Assembly: GCA_964016885.1 (NCBI GenBank)
Contig: OZ024745.1
Span: forward strand, 122,140,001 to 122,204,000
Direction: 5' to 3'
Length of the DNA: 64,000 nt
Source of the DNA: Eledone cirrhosa
Lineage: Eukaryota
Shown in pieces: positions 52,671 to 64,000 of this stretch; position 1 is the stretch's first letter; each line of letters opens with the position of its first letter. The notes under the pieces were generated by a model that was not told the origin of the DNA, made no database searches, and was given only the letters and a program-made list of their open reading frames with translations. A program made the position numbers and the translations under genes.

Positions 52671-52979
52671 CTAAGTCCAAGTTCCCTCTTTTAGATGTGT
52701 CCTCTGGCCTACAGACATATGATGAGAGTAGATCATGTTGGTCATTATCACCACTCTCACTTCTCTTTTCATAAATTCATTGTAGAGCAGTGCCCCACTT
52801 TTCACCTTTACCTTCCTCTCCAAGTGGAACTTGAAGTTGGTGAGGGTTTGGCTGCAGAATAAAAATGTGTTTTCAACTCTTTCAATAAAGTCCACCATAA
52901 AATAGTTTGCCATAACCACTAGACAGAAAATAAGTGCTTGTCTTTCCTGACCAAAGAAAGGCTGTGAGACAATCTTCAC
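52671..52979 (-). pseudogene. Possible degenerate L1/Tx1-type ORF2 C-terminus
   Basis: LIFCLVVMA...SQTLTNFKFHLERKVKVK...EFMKR resembles the L1/Tx1 C-terminal pattern; recognition only. Confidence 0.35.
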
Positions 52980-54737
52980 AATGGACTTAATTGATTGTTA
53001 TATGTAGGGTTAGGGTTAATTCTTTTGTATAACTTCACAAGTCAACATTGCTCAGACACTGAGTGAATATTGCACAATGATTTTACCACTATGCACACAT
53101 ATCAAACAAATCTGGCTAACAACACTTCTGTGCTTGTAGAATTTATCCTAAATTAGCAACATCCTCTGGTAGCACTGCTATTCGAGAGATTTCTGGAAGT
53201 TGTCCACAATCACTGGTTGAAAGTCCTCTGGAGTAGACTGTTCAGTAGATCTTCATTGATGTCTAGAATCTCTCTAAAAATATTGTTGCTCTCACCCACT
53301 ACTAAAACATACTACTAACCTTAGCGCTAAACTTGCAAGTGCCTGACAGAATTTCAGATGCCTAATAAAAAATATATGATAAAATTGATATCTTTACTTT
53401 CTGCCTATCTGATGAATAAGTATCACATATAAACAATATCTTTATACTTTTATGGACTTCTAAGTGTTGATAAAGTAATTACTAAATTTTGTATACTTTT
53501 TAAAGAATTTTGTTTTATTTTATTTTGATAAATTTTTCATGTGAACTTATTAGGTGCTACTTTTAACTGGAGCCCAAAAGCAAGAATTGGGGAATAAATA
53601 GAAAAGTTATATATATCTTAAGGCGTTTGTCTTGAAGGCTAATCAATATATTTCTCTTAACTAATGGAAATAAAGCTTGTATGTACTTATGCATTACTTA
53701 TATAAACATCATTCATCCTGGAGACCGACACAAGTGGAGGATGATTGTAATCAGCTTTGGGCTTTAAATAGACAAAGGTGGAAAGGTATCAACTCTATAC
53801 AATGGCTCAGTCTTCATCTGTGGTTTATTGAAATAAGGGTCTCTGCTCTGGAATAGGCCTATGCAATCATCACATAATGTGCCAAGAAATGAAGGCATGG
53901 GAATGGGGAGGTGGGAGCGGCTAAGTAAAAGAGGGAAAAAAAGAAGGAAAAAATGACATTTCCATCATCTTCTAAGACAGATGAGAGGCTGCCATCAATG
54001 ATGACTAGCAAGGATTGAACATCATCACAGACTGGAGCTTCTGGGCTCCAGGTGGGCCAGGAGCCCAACATATGACCCCACGCTCTGCAGAGTGGATTCT
54101 ATCAACATGGTACCAACACTTGTGTTTGGCATAGCTGAAGAGTTTTCTCTACCCTTTGTATGGCCGTTAGCTATAGCTGGATGCCTGTCACCAACACTTT
54201 ACAGAGTATAAAGAGTGATCGTTTATCGTGCAGATAACCAACACTAGGGAGGTTATCATGTTTAAGGCACATCTGAAGAGTCTTCCCTGACCCTTTGGCA
54301 AGTTCTGTTATAACTAGATGTCTGTCCTATCACCAACCACCTTGCAGTTACACCTGCCGTCTTTGAAATAGGTTTCTTCTCTCAGAATTTTAACTAATTT
54401 CAATTCTCAATTAAATAGGTTTTTAGTTTCTTTTTGATATACAGTGATAATTTTCTTTCAAGTTCTGTTGCTAAGTAGATATATGGTAAATAGTCTATTG
54501 GTATTTGATTGGATTCTCTGTGAGACATACTAATTTCTCTTTGACCTTAATGAAAGCAATTTAACTTTAACGTCAGCATTACCTATAACATTATCAGCAT
54601 CAGTGTAGCATTAACTACAATATCAGCGCTATAAGCAATCTGTATAATAACAGAACATTATATTCTCTTTGGAGAGCATAAGGAAGCTGCCATATTATTA
54701 GGGAAAATGGTAGTTTGAACTTGACAATTGTCTACAG

Positions 54738-54931
54738 CAGGGGTCCCCAACCCTCGGCCTGCGGGCCACATCTGGCCCGCAAAGGCCTTTATCATTCCCA
54801 CGAGGGTTCTAAAAAGGGTACAGTTTGCAATAAATTTACACCCCCATTCTATCGATATTACCGAATAAAACAATGTTTAAATGTATTTTTCTGCTTGGGA
54901 CAGCTCTAAGTATCAATATTGGGGACCCCTG
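54738..54931. mobile_element. hAT (Charlie-like) MITE
   Basis: CAGGGGTCCCCAA ... TTGGGGACCCCTG; 8-bp target site duplication GTCTACAG/GTCTATAG. Confidence 0.85.
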
Positions 54932-54971
54932 GTCTATAGCTTTACAAATATAGTGATCTCTCTCTGTTGCC

Positions 54972-55138
54972 TTAACTCTTTAGCATTTAAACCGACCATA
55001 TCTGGCCAGAATTCTCTCACCTCTTTCTGTTCAAACCGGCCATAACAGGCTGCTCATACTGATGTTAAGGTATTGTTCTGCGTATTACTGTGAAAATACA
55101 ATAGTAAATATAGAGTAATGTAAGTATATTAAGGTTAA
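54972..55138 (-). mobile_element. MITE family A with an internal deletion
   Basis: TTAA ends; about 60 bp of body missing. Confidence 0.75.
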
Positions 55139-55199
55139 GTGTCAACATGTGAGCTAACTACAGTGTCACATAGATGATGATAATGGTTAATTGGAAGAA

Positions 55200-56008
55200 A
55201 ACCCCTTTAATCACAATATTTCCATTGAAAGACACTGTCTATGATTTTCAATTAATTTTTAAAAGAAGCAAAAAATCTATACAGCTTTCGTAAAATAACT
55301 TTCTTATTATTAAACTTATGTTAGGAACATTACTGAGCAAAACTTCTTACATAAAAGTATGATGAAAAGTGTTTAGATAAATATCATCACTTTAACCCTT
55401 TAGCATTTAAACTGGCTGTATCCGGCCAGAATTCTATCACCTATTTCTGTTCAAACTGGCTGTAACCAACTACTCATATTGATGTTAATATAGTGTTCTC
55501 AAAGTAAATATCAAAATCTCATAGATTCGATATTATATGAGATAATTACCATGAAAATATAATAGTATATATAGAGTAATGTAAATAATTGTTTCTACTT
55601 TTGGTAATCTAAATAATTGTTTCTATATTACTGGTACTTTATTTTATCGACCCCGTAAGGATGAAAGGCAAAGTTAACCTCGGCGGGATTTGAACTCTTT
55701 GCGTCAAGCATGGCGTCCGACCCTCTACTGATACTGCCAATCGTAAATAATTGTTTCTACTTTAGGCACCAGGCAAGCAATTACCCAGTGTATTAATGGT
55801 ACTCTATTTTATCGACCCCGTAAGGATGAAAGGCAAAGTAAACCTCGGCGGGATTTGAACTCAGACCATAAAGGGACGTAACTATGCTGGAAAGCATGGT
55901 GTCCGACTCTCTACCGATACTGCCAAAATAATAAAGGGTTAAGATAAACAATTTGGTACCATGGAACCTGGAGTGGTTTCAGGTGGTTTTTTTTATCAAA
56001 AGAATTAA
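55200..56008 (-). mobile_element. MITE-B containing MITE-A (55392-55942), which contains two SINE1 copies (55586-55742, 55746-55926)
   Basis: Flanks rejoin to the reverse complements of the B and A consensus sequences. Confidence 0.75.
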
Positions 56009-56378
56009 ATGCTATACATTTTGAAGTTTTAATAGCGTCACAAGCTGGTGACATTTGATGTTGACTTGATGTTTTATGGTTGTATTCATTGTGATGGAGT
56101 ATTTCATAGAATTAGTGTTAATTTCACATTAATTGTTGCTGATAGAGTGCAGAGTTGATTAAAAGTTCAAAGGAACTACATTTTGTAAAGTGTGATGTAC
56201 TGTGATGTGAGGAAGTTTATAGTTTAATTATCTACTTTAGAGGTTCTCATACGTTTTGGGCCACTGCCCCCCTCCCCTCACGGACACAATACCCTCAGCA
56301 CCCCAACCCTATCTCCAGAGAGATCTGCCTACACACAAATTGTAACTAATATATAATAAATAAAATCGTTAATTTATA

Positions 56379-57670
56379 TCATCATCATCATCATCATCAT
56401 CAACGTTTAACGTCCGTGTTCCACGCTTGCATGGGTTTGGACGGGGGTTTTCCCACTTGAGGCAAGAGTGATTGTCTTGCTCGCATAGGACTGTCTGGCA
56501 GGTTTTCTACAGTTGGATGCCCTTCCTAACACCAACCACATTTACAGTGTGGGGCTGGGAGGTTTTTACCGTGTTGCCTACACGGCCACATTACAGCGTG
56601 GACTGTGTGTTTTTGTCGTGGCACCTACACGATCTCATTTGTTTCGGCCTGGATGGCGCGGCACCAACATAACTTTACATAGAACGGGGTGGTGTGGATG
56701 GGGTGGTGGTGGAGGGACGGGGGGGGTATTTTGTTAGAGATGCCTACTGGCTGTAGTAGGTTTTACTATGTATTTAGGTAAGGTGGGTCTTCTCTGTTAC
56801 TGAGTACCGCCAAAGGTCTCGGTCCAGTGACATTGTCTTGGAGAGGTGTAAGTGTGTGAGGTCGGAGTTTATTAGCTCGTCCCAGGTTTTTCTAGGTCTG
56901 CCTATTCCGTGGCTACCGTCTATCTTTATTGCCCTGCACTTTGTTATACAGCTATCGACTTTCATGCGCATCACGTGTCCATACCAACGTAGCCTTCTCT
57001 CGAGTAAACAACATCTGATCCCTCTTATTTCTAATTTTTTCCTTAGTTCGTTTATGCTTTGCCGTTCACGTATATTACTGTTACACATCCAGCGGAGCAT
57101 GCAAGCTTCGTTCCTCTCTAGTCTGCGTATATCCTCTGCACACAATGCCCAGGTCTCACTGCCATGCAACATTGCTGTTCGTATGCAGGCATCGTACAAC
57201 CTGCCTTTCATTTTTAGGGAGAACCCTTTAGCAGCTAATAGTGGTATAAGCTCTCTGAACTGTTTCCAACCAGTTCTGACTCTAGCTACTGTACTTTCAG
57301 AGCACCCTCCCCCACTGCTGATTTTATCACCCAGGTAACGGAAGCTGTCCACTATTTCTATAGAACCCTCTGCGCAATTGAAAGAGCTAGTATTTTGTGG
57401 GCACTTGCTGCTACTTATTGCACCAGAGCACCGGCCACATGTAAAATCTATGTTCTTAGTTAGCTTACCTGTGATCCCACTACATCTTTTATGCACCCAT
57501 ACTTTGCATTTAGGACATAAAATGGAGTTTCTACCTACGCCTTTCCTACACACCGAGCACGACCATTTCCCAGAAGGGACCGCCGCCTTATTTTCTTTCC
57601 TACAAACTAGAACTTTAGTTTTAGCCAGGTTAATTTTAAGTCCTTTTGATTCTAGGCCGTGCTTCCATGT
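56379..57670 (-). mobile_element. 5'-truncated RTE-clade LINE with 3' UTR and (GAT)n tail
   Basis: Contains the open RT C-terminal frame, then a UTR ending GGACGTTAAACG..(GAT)n. Confidence 0.9.
56774..57670 (-). CDS. RTE ORF, C-terminal RT region with a PHD-like Cys/His insert (partial; the track start at 57553 is internal)
   Basis: GLKINLAKTKV, CSVCRKGVGRNSILCPKCKVWVHKRC...CGRC, FRYLG, MLHGSETW, RLRWYGHVMRM, GRPRKTW, DRDLWR. Confidence 0.9.
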   Translation of the reverse strand, partial: TWKHGLESKGLKINLAKTKVLVCRKENKAAVPSGKWSCSVCRKGVGRNSILCPKCKVWVHKRCSGITGKLTKNIDFTCGRCSGAISSSKCPQNTSSFNCAEGSIEIVDSFRYLGDKISSGGGCSESTVARVRTGWKQFRELIPLLAAKGFSLKMKGRLYDACIRTAMLHGSETWALCAEDIRRLERNEACMLRWMCNSNIRERQSINELRKKLEIRGIRCCLLERRLRWYGHVMRMKVDSCITKCRAIKIDGSHGIGRPRKTWDELINSDLTHLHLSKTMSLDRDLWRYSVTEKTHLT

Positions 57671-58080
57671 TATATATAATAAATAATATCATATCATATT
57701 ATATATTTTTTAATTTACTATATTTATATATAATATGTATCATTTGATATTTAATATACTATTATATCACCTCTACCGCTCCCCCACTGCTCCCTTAAGT
57801 TCCAGTGGCCCCGTGGACCTTCTCAACGTCCCCAAGGGTCAGTAGCGCCTACTTTGAGAACCTTTGATCTAAAACATAAAAGTTCATGTTTCAGTTATAG
57901 AATACACATCATAATTCATACCAATATGGAAGTTTACAGAAGCATCAGACCTATTTTCTTTTATTCTAGTTTCTGTCATTAAATTGCATCCATTCTGGGG
58001 CACTACCTGGAACGGATTTAGTCAGTCATGTTGACCCCAGAACGTATTTCCTTTTCAAGTCTGTCCCTCCTCATAACAGT

Positions 58081-58475
58081 GCCATCCAGTTCCATGCTGT
58101 AATTGTAGGTGTGTCAACCAAACTATGGTTCTGCTGGGAGAAGGGTTCAATGCAGCCAACTGGACTGTCCCTTCACATAATGGAGCCATCTAGTTCCACT
58201 CTAATTGTGGGTACAAGTCCCAAACTATGGTTCTGCTCTGAGAAGGGTTTAGCACAGCCAACTAGCCTGTCCTTCTTCATTATGGTGCCATTCAGGTCCC
58301 CACTGTAAATGTTGTTGGTGTTAGGAAGGGCATCCAGCTGTAAATAAATTCCAGCCAAATTTACAGTCTCGTCAGAGCAAGGTATGACGTAGCCCACCCT
58401 TGCCAGAATTGTCTCTCAACATGGATAACCCATTTGACCCATGCAAGTATTGAAAAATGGATGTAAAACAGTGAT
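58081..58475 (+). repeat. ~103-bp tandem duplication (x2.3) leading into an RTE-type tail
   Basis: GCCAT at 58081, 58185 and 58287; CCAAACTATGGTTCTGCT repeated. Confidence 0.7.
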
Positions 58476-58497
58476 TATATATATATATATATTTATA

Positions 58498-58762
58498 TAT
58501 CATCATCATCATCGTTTAACGTCTGTGTTCCACGCTTGCATGGGTTTGGACGGGGGTTTTCCCACTTGAGGCAAGAGTGATTGTCTTGCTCGCATAGGAC
58601 TGTCTGGCGGGTTTTCTACAGCTGGATGCCCTTCCTAACACCAACCACATTTACAGTGTGGGGCTGGGAGGTTTTTACCGTGTTGCCTACACGGCCACAT
58701 TACAGCGTGGACTGTGTGTTTTTGTCGTGACACCTACACGATCTCATTTGTTTCAGCCTGGA
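58498..58762 (-). mobile_element. RTE 3' UTR copy, nearly identical to 56390-56653
   Basis: Alignment by eye shows few substitutions. Confidence 0.9.
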
Positions 58763-58782
58763 TGTATATATATATATGTATA

Positions 58783-58822
<40 letters not shown>

Positions 58823-58874
58823 CATGCACATATATATATATATATATATACATACATGCACATATATGTGCATG

Positions 58875-58912
<38 letters not shown>

Positions 58913-58957
58913 CATGTATGTATATATATATATATATATATATATACATACATGCAC

Positions 58958-58988
<31 letters not shown>

Positions 58989-58995
58989 CATGCAC

Positions 58996-59028
<33 letters not shown>

Positions 59029-59173
59029 TGCACACATTGTTTTGCAACAGCTGTTGTGCTAAGTGAAGGATCAATAAACTACAGTTTACTAGAAATATAA
59101 GAGTAAAATGTAGTATAACATAAGAGTAAAATCTATATGGTTACTGCAGACATTTGGTATGTTTACAGTTAGT

Positions 59174-59357
59174 ATTGGCAGTATCGGTAGAGGGTTGGAC
59201 GCCATGCTTTCCAGCATAGTTACGTCCCTTTACGATCTGAGTTCAAATCCCGCCGAGGTTGACTTTGCCTTTCATCCTTACGGGGTCGATAAAATAAAGT
59301 ACCAGTAATGCACTGGGTAATTGCTGGCCTTGTGCCAAAAAGTAGAAACAATTATTA
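59174..59357 (+). mobile_element. SINE family 1
   Basis: Near-consensus copy. Confidence 0.9.
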
Positions 59358-59359
59358 GT

Positions 59360-60262
59360 TTAACCCTTTACAATTTGCATTACTTTATATATCTTATTAT
59401 ATTTTCACAGTAAATGCTTTACTTCACATAATTATCTCACATAACATCGAATCTATGATTTTAATATTACTTACTTTGAGAACAATACCTTCACGTGGAT
59501 ATGAGTGGCTGGTTACAGCTGGTTTAAACAGAAAGAGGTGAGAGAATTCTGGCTGGATATGGCCGATTTAAATGCTAAAGGGTTAAAAAGGATATTCTGC
59601 TAAATTTTACAATTTTTTAATTCTTTTTTTGTTTTGATTTTTCAGTTACAATTCTTATAATTATACTTTCAGTTTTAACCCTTTAGCATTTACATTTCTC
59701 TATATATACTATTGTATTTTCATGGTAAAGGCTTTACCTCACATAATTCTCTCACATAATATTGAATCTATGAGATTTTGATACTATATATTTTGAGAAC
59801 AATACCTTAAAATAAGTATGAGTGGCCAGTTATGGCTGGTTTGAACTGAAAAAGGTGAGAGAATTCTGGCCGGAGACAATTGGTTTAAATGCTAAAGAGT
59901 TAATTTTAGTATCTTTGTTCAAATTTCTATAATTAGAAGATATTGGGTGCTGAAAAAGATCTAAAAGGTAAACAAACAAAAATAAATAATTAAATAAGAA
60001 ATGAAATGAACAAGAGAGACTGAAAATATCACATATTCCTTCATCAACCCTTTAGCATTTACATTACTCGATATTTACTATTGTATTTTCGTGATAATGG
60101 CTTTACCTCACATAATTATCGCACATAATATTGAATGTATGAGATTTTGATAGTATTTATTTTGAGAACAATACCTTAACATCAGTATGAGTGGCAAGTT
60201 GCGGCTGGTTTGAACAGATAGATGTGAGAGAATTCTGGCCGGTTTAAATACGAAAGGATTAA
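59360..60262 (+). mobile_element. Cluster of three MITE-A copies (59360-59586, 59675-59903, 60044-60262)
   Basis: Each has its own terminal inverted repeats and TTAA-like flanks. Confidence 0.85.
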
Positions 60263-61164
60263 GATATTAACAACATTTTTGCTTGGCAGAAATTGTTAGA
60301 TAAATGTCTGTTATTATTGATGTAACCTCTTAGTCTTGCTAAATTTATGAATGGTGGTGGCAGTGGTGCTGGTAGCGGTTATTGTAAGTGAAGGGTGGTG
60401 GTTGTGGTGTTGGTTATGGTGGGGAGTGAAAGAAGGTGTTACATGTTTATATGCAGATCTGTATTGCCAATCTGCACCAAATAAACTCTTTACGAGAAAG
60501 TACCATTAGAAAACCAACTGCACTAGAGTTATAACATACCAGAGGTTGTAAATAAATCATGCTTATATTTACACCCAACCACCCCTCTTCATTGCAGCAG
60601 ATTTGGTAGCAGGTAATTATTTCAACCTATGAACTGACTGTAATGTTTTAAACTACTTAAACAACTGATCCCCTTTTCTTACCTGCTGTTACCGCTTTGG
60701 AAATTTCTTATTTAACTTTCAGCAGTTGACTATAACTTTATAAGATTTGTCAGTATTATTTATAGGAAAATGTTCGATGTGTGTGTGTATATATATATAT
60801 GTTGTATATATATCCATGTGTGTATATATATATATATCCATGGTAGCATGGAAGAACGGACGTAAAACGGTGATTATGATGTGTGTATATATATGTGTGT
60901 GTGTGTATATATATGTGTGTGTGTGTATATATGTGTGTGTATATAAATATGTGTGTGTGTGTGTTTGTGTGTGTGCATGTGTGTATATATAATTCATTTT
61001 TCAATTTCTTTTGCGAGATTTCATATCTGGAAACGTGTGTTGAAACAGATATTGTTATACTTTGGGAGGGTCATGCTGCCAATAAAAACACATGCACCTG
61101 TTGGTTTTCACTTCAATTTATTATAAGTTTCTAGTTGGTTCGATAACCAGGTTGTTTATATATT

Positions 61165-61207
61165 GTCAAAGCTCTATCGTCACACATTCTGTGACCTCCT
61201 CAGTGAC
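61165..61207 (-). ncRNA. Degenerate hammerhead in the 3' UTR of the Penelope-like fragment
   Basis: rc: GTCA CTGAGGA G-GTCACA-GAATG-TGTGAC GATA GAGC TT TGAC (GAAA mutated). Confidence 0.55.
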
Positions 61208-61425
61208 TAGGTTTTTATTTTGTGTCTCTCCTTTGTTCTGTCCGACACCATCTTGTTTTTGTGCATTGTGTATTTAGTTGCCACATGCGATACATCCGTA
61301 TGCGTGTTTTTTTAAATTTATTTATGTGTTTTACTTGTCACTAGTTGGTTGTTTGGTCTAACTGTATGTGTCTGATTTGCTTTGTTAGTTTGGTTTTTCT
61401 GTGTCTGTTTGTCTTCATTTTGTCC

Positions 61426-61800
61426 TTAATTACTAGTTGTGATGTTGTTATTCCATCCATGTTTTCTGTTTAATTTTGGTTGGAGTTCGTTTATGTTTGT
61501 TGCCTCTGTGATTTGTCTGAGAATTGCATCTTTTCTGTGTGTTGATATCATTTTTATCTCTATGTTCTCTAATGTGCCCCTATGTTCTGTTTTGGCATGT
61601 TGTTGGAGTACTGATGAGTTTTTCCCATCCTGGAGTTCTCGCCAGTGTTCACTTATCCTTTCTCCTATGCTACGAGTTGTTTCACCTATGTATGTTATAT
61701 TTTTATTCCTACACTGTCCCTCAGTACATCTTATGCTATATACTATGTTCCTAGTTTTGCAGTTAGTTTGTAGGCTTAGCTTGCAGACTATGTATTTCCT
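61426..61800 (-). pseudogene. Penelope-like element GIY-YIG endonuclease domain (3' fragment)
   Basis: CKTRNIVYSIRC...YIGETTRSIGERISEH...HAKTEH...RQITEA..I....PKLNR. Confidence 0.9.
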
Positions 61801-62014
61801 ATCAGCACAACATACCCATTTCAAAGATCCTCCTGTACTGACTAAGTACACAATACTGGTTGGTTGAGTGTAGAAGTGTATGTTCCAAGTAGAAAAGTGG
61901 CTGTGACTTCGAAGAGGGCATCTTATTTGCCAAATATAGGCCTAAACCTGAATTACACCTCGGAATATTAGGGGTCGACTCATACGCCAGCATATATGGT
62001 ATATATATATATAT

Positions 62015-62093
<79 letters not shown>

Positions 62094-62108
62094 TATTGAG
62101 TAAAATGG

Positions 62109-62355
62109 CAGGAGGCCAGACTGGTGAAATTCCTTCAAAGATTTATTATAGCAAACACTATGTACATTTCAGTGGCCAGGTTTTTTTTTATATCCTTATA
62201 GCCTCTTGGATTGTGTTTACCATTATTCCTTTATTATTCCTATTATGCAATAAACACCTGATGATGTCACCAGGATCTTATGTAACCTGGCCACTGAAAT
62301 GTACACAGTTTGCTATAATAAATCTTTGAAGGAATTTCACCAGTCTGGCATCCTG
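62109..62355. mobile_element. pLTR remnant with ~73-bp inverted arms next to (TA)n
   Basis: 62109-62182 is the reverse complement of 62284-62355. Confidence 0.7.
62252..62313 (+). ncRNA. Hammerhead ribozyme with a mutated cleavage site; the intact 3' half is preserved in the inverted arm
   Basis: AAACAC CTGATGA ..CCAGG...CCTGG.. GAAA T-GTAC-ACA GTTT; the mirror arm reads GAAAT-GTAC-ATA-GTGTTT. Confidence 0.65.
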
Positions 62356-62664
62356 TTATTTTTCTCAATAATAATTGACTTCTTTCTCGCACCACCACCA
62401 AGATTCAACATCAAAGCTGGACGAGTTTGTATAACGTTGAGTGCTTTTCCTAATATTACATCATGGTTGGCTATACGGAATGACCAGTTCTATCCAGTGG
62501 TGAACCACCAAACTTAAATGAATATATATATCATCATCATCATCATCATCATTTCATGGTAGTATTCTCTATGTACTTCTGCTATCTATGTCACAGGTAC
62601 ACAACCTTTTGCCATGTTTACTAAATATTTGCTCTGCTGCCTATCTATATATTTTCCTTTTGAG

Positions 62665-62845
62665 TAGTAGTGGAGGAGTGGGGTATTTGTTAGTAGGAAC
62701 AGCAGTGGTGGAGTGGGGGGGTGAGTGGGGTATTTGTTAGTAGGAACAGCAGTGGTGGAGTGGAGGGGTGGGGTATTTGTTAGTAGGAAGAGCAGTGGTG
62801 GAGTGGAGGGGTGGGGTATTTGTTAGTAGGAAGAGCAGTGGTGCC
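62665..62845. repeat. ~44-bp minisatellite x4
   Basis: GTGGGGTATTTGTTAGTAGGAA(C/G)AGCAGTGGTGGAGTGG. Confidence 0.85.
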
Positions 62846-62969
62846 GTTCATTGTCACAGCTTTTATTAAGCAACTTCTACTGTTAGAGAGATTCAGGTAG
62901 TGGGTGGGGGTGGGTGTAGTCTACCTGTGATTTTTGCTATTTAGTACAACTCTTTGATTGTATGAAGGG

Positions 62970-63485
62970 GCATGTATGTTGGTGTATGTGTGTGTTGGTG
63001 TATGTGTGTGTTGGTACATGTGTGTGTTGGTGTATGTGTGTGTTGGTGCATGTGTGTGTTGGTGCATGCGTGTGTTGGTGCATGTGTGTGTTGGTGCATG
63101 TGTGTGTTGGTGCATGTGTGTGTTGGTGTATGTGTGTTGGTGCATGTGTATGTTGGTGTATGTGTGTGTTTGTGTGTGTTGGTACATGTGTGTGTTGGTG
63201 CATGTGTGTGTTGGTGCATGTGTGTGTTGGTGCATGTGTGTGTTGGTGCATGTGTGTGTTGGTGCATGTGTGTGTGTTGGTGCATGTGTGTGTGTTGGTG
63301 CATGTGTGTGTGTTGGTGCATGTGTGTGTGTTGGTGCATGTGTGTGTTGGTGCATGTGTGTGTTGGTGCATGTGTGTTGGTGTGTGCTGGTGTGTGTGTG
63401 TTGGTGTGTTGGTGCATGTGTGTGTTGGTGCATGTGTGTGTTGGTGCATGCGTGTGTTGGTGCATGCGTGTGTTGGTGCATATGT
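62970..63485. repeat. 14-18-bp minisatellite (TGTTGGTGCATGTGTG)
   Basis: Direct reading. Confidence 0.95.
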
Positions 63486-63605
63486 GTTAGGGCATATGGT
63501 CAATGAGATGCATTATGTATTGCTCTTTATATGCACATGCATGTGTACATGCATTCCCTCTCTTTCTCACCCACAGCTTTATAAAAGCACACACACGTGT
63601 GATAT

Positions 63606-64000
63606 AGAGAGAGTGAATGAGAGAGAGAGAGTGAAAAATAGAGAACGAGTGAATGAGATTGAGAGAGTGAAAGAGGGAGGTGTGAGTGAGAGAGTGCTAG
63701 AAAGAGAGAGTGAATGAAAGAGAGAGAGAGTGCTAGAAAGAGAGTGAGTGAATGAAAGAGAGAGGTGTGAGTGAGAAAGAGTGCTAGAAAGAGAGTAAGT
63801 GAATGAAAGAGTGAGAGAGAGGTGTGAGTGAGAAAGAGAGAGCTAGAAAGAGAGTGAGTGAATGAAAGAGTGAGAGAGAGAGGTGTGAGTGAGAAAGAGT
63901 GCTAGAGAGTGAGTGAATGAAAGAGTGAGAGAGAGAGAGGTGTGAGTGAGAAAGAGAGAGCTAGAAAGAGAGTGAGTGAATGAAAGAGTGAGAGAGAAAG
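63606..64000. repeat. GA-rich minisatellite
   Basis: Recurrent GCTAGAAAGAGAGTGAGTGAATGAAAGAG. Confidence 0.9.

Noticed and set aside
56838-57338. 166-aa plus-strand ORF (also 61439-61867)
   Set aside because: Antisense shadows of the RTE and GIY-YIG coding strands

Overview
This is AT-rich, microsatellite-saturated eukaryotic DNA. The repeat families suggest a cephalopod, probably Octopus (inference, not verified). No host-gene exon, rRNA, tRNA or CRISPR array could be supported, and almost all long ORFs in the track are microsatellite or minisatellite artefacts. The window is a layered transposon deposit: 12 copies of a TTAA-targeting piggyBac-type MITE plus related families, two tRNA-derived SINE families, RTE-clade LINE pieces (including a 5'-truncated copy at 56.4-57.7 kb), Vingi-like ends, Helitron remnants (helicase pseudogene at 42.4-42.9 kb), hAT and pogo-like MITEs, a Penelope-like GIY-YIG endonuclease fragment (61.4-61.8 kb) and several satellites. 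The main finding is more than a dozen hammerhead ribozyme (HHR) motifs, about nine of them intact-looking, from roughly ten sequence-unrelated families. Most sit in short non-repetitive islands next to (TA)n tracts, and several lie inside long near-perfect palindromes that place a ribozyme on both strands. This fits Penelope-like pseudo-LTR (pLTR) remnants. One HHR family with a U4A core variant appears to have been captured and spread by a Helitron-like element. All RNA folds were assigned by eye and none was computed or tested.
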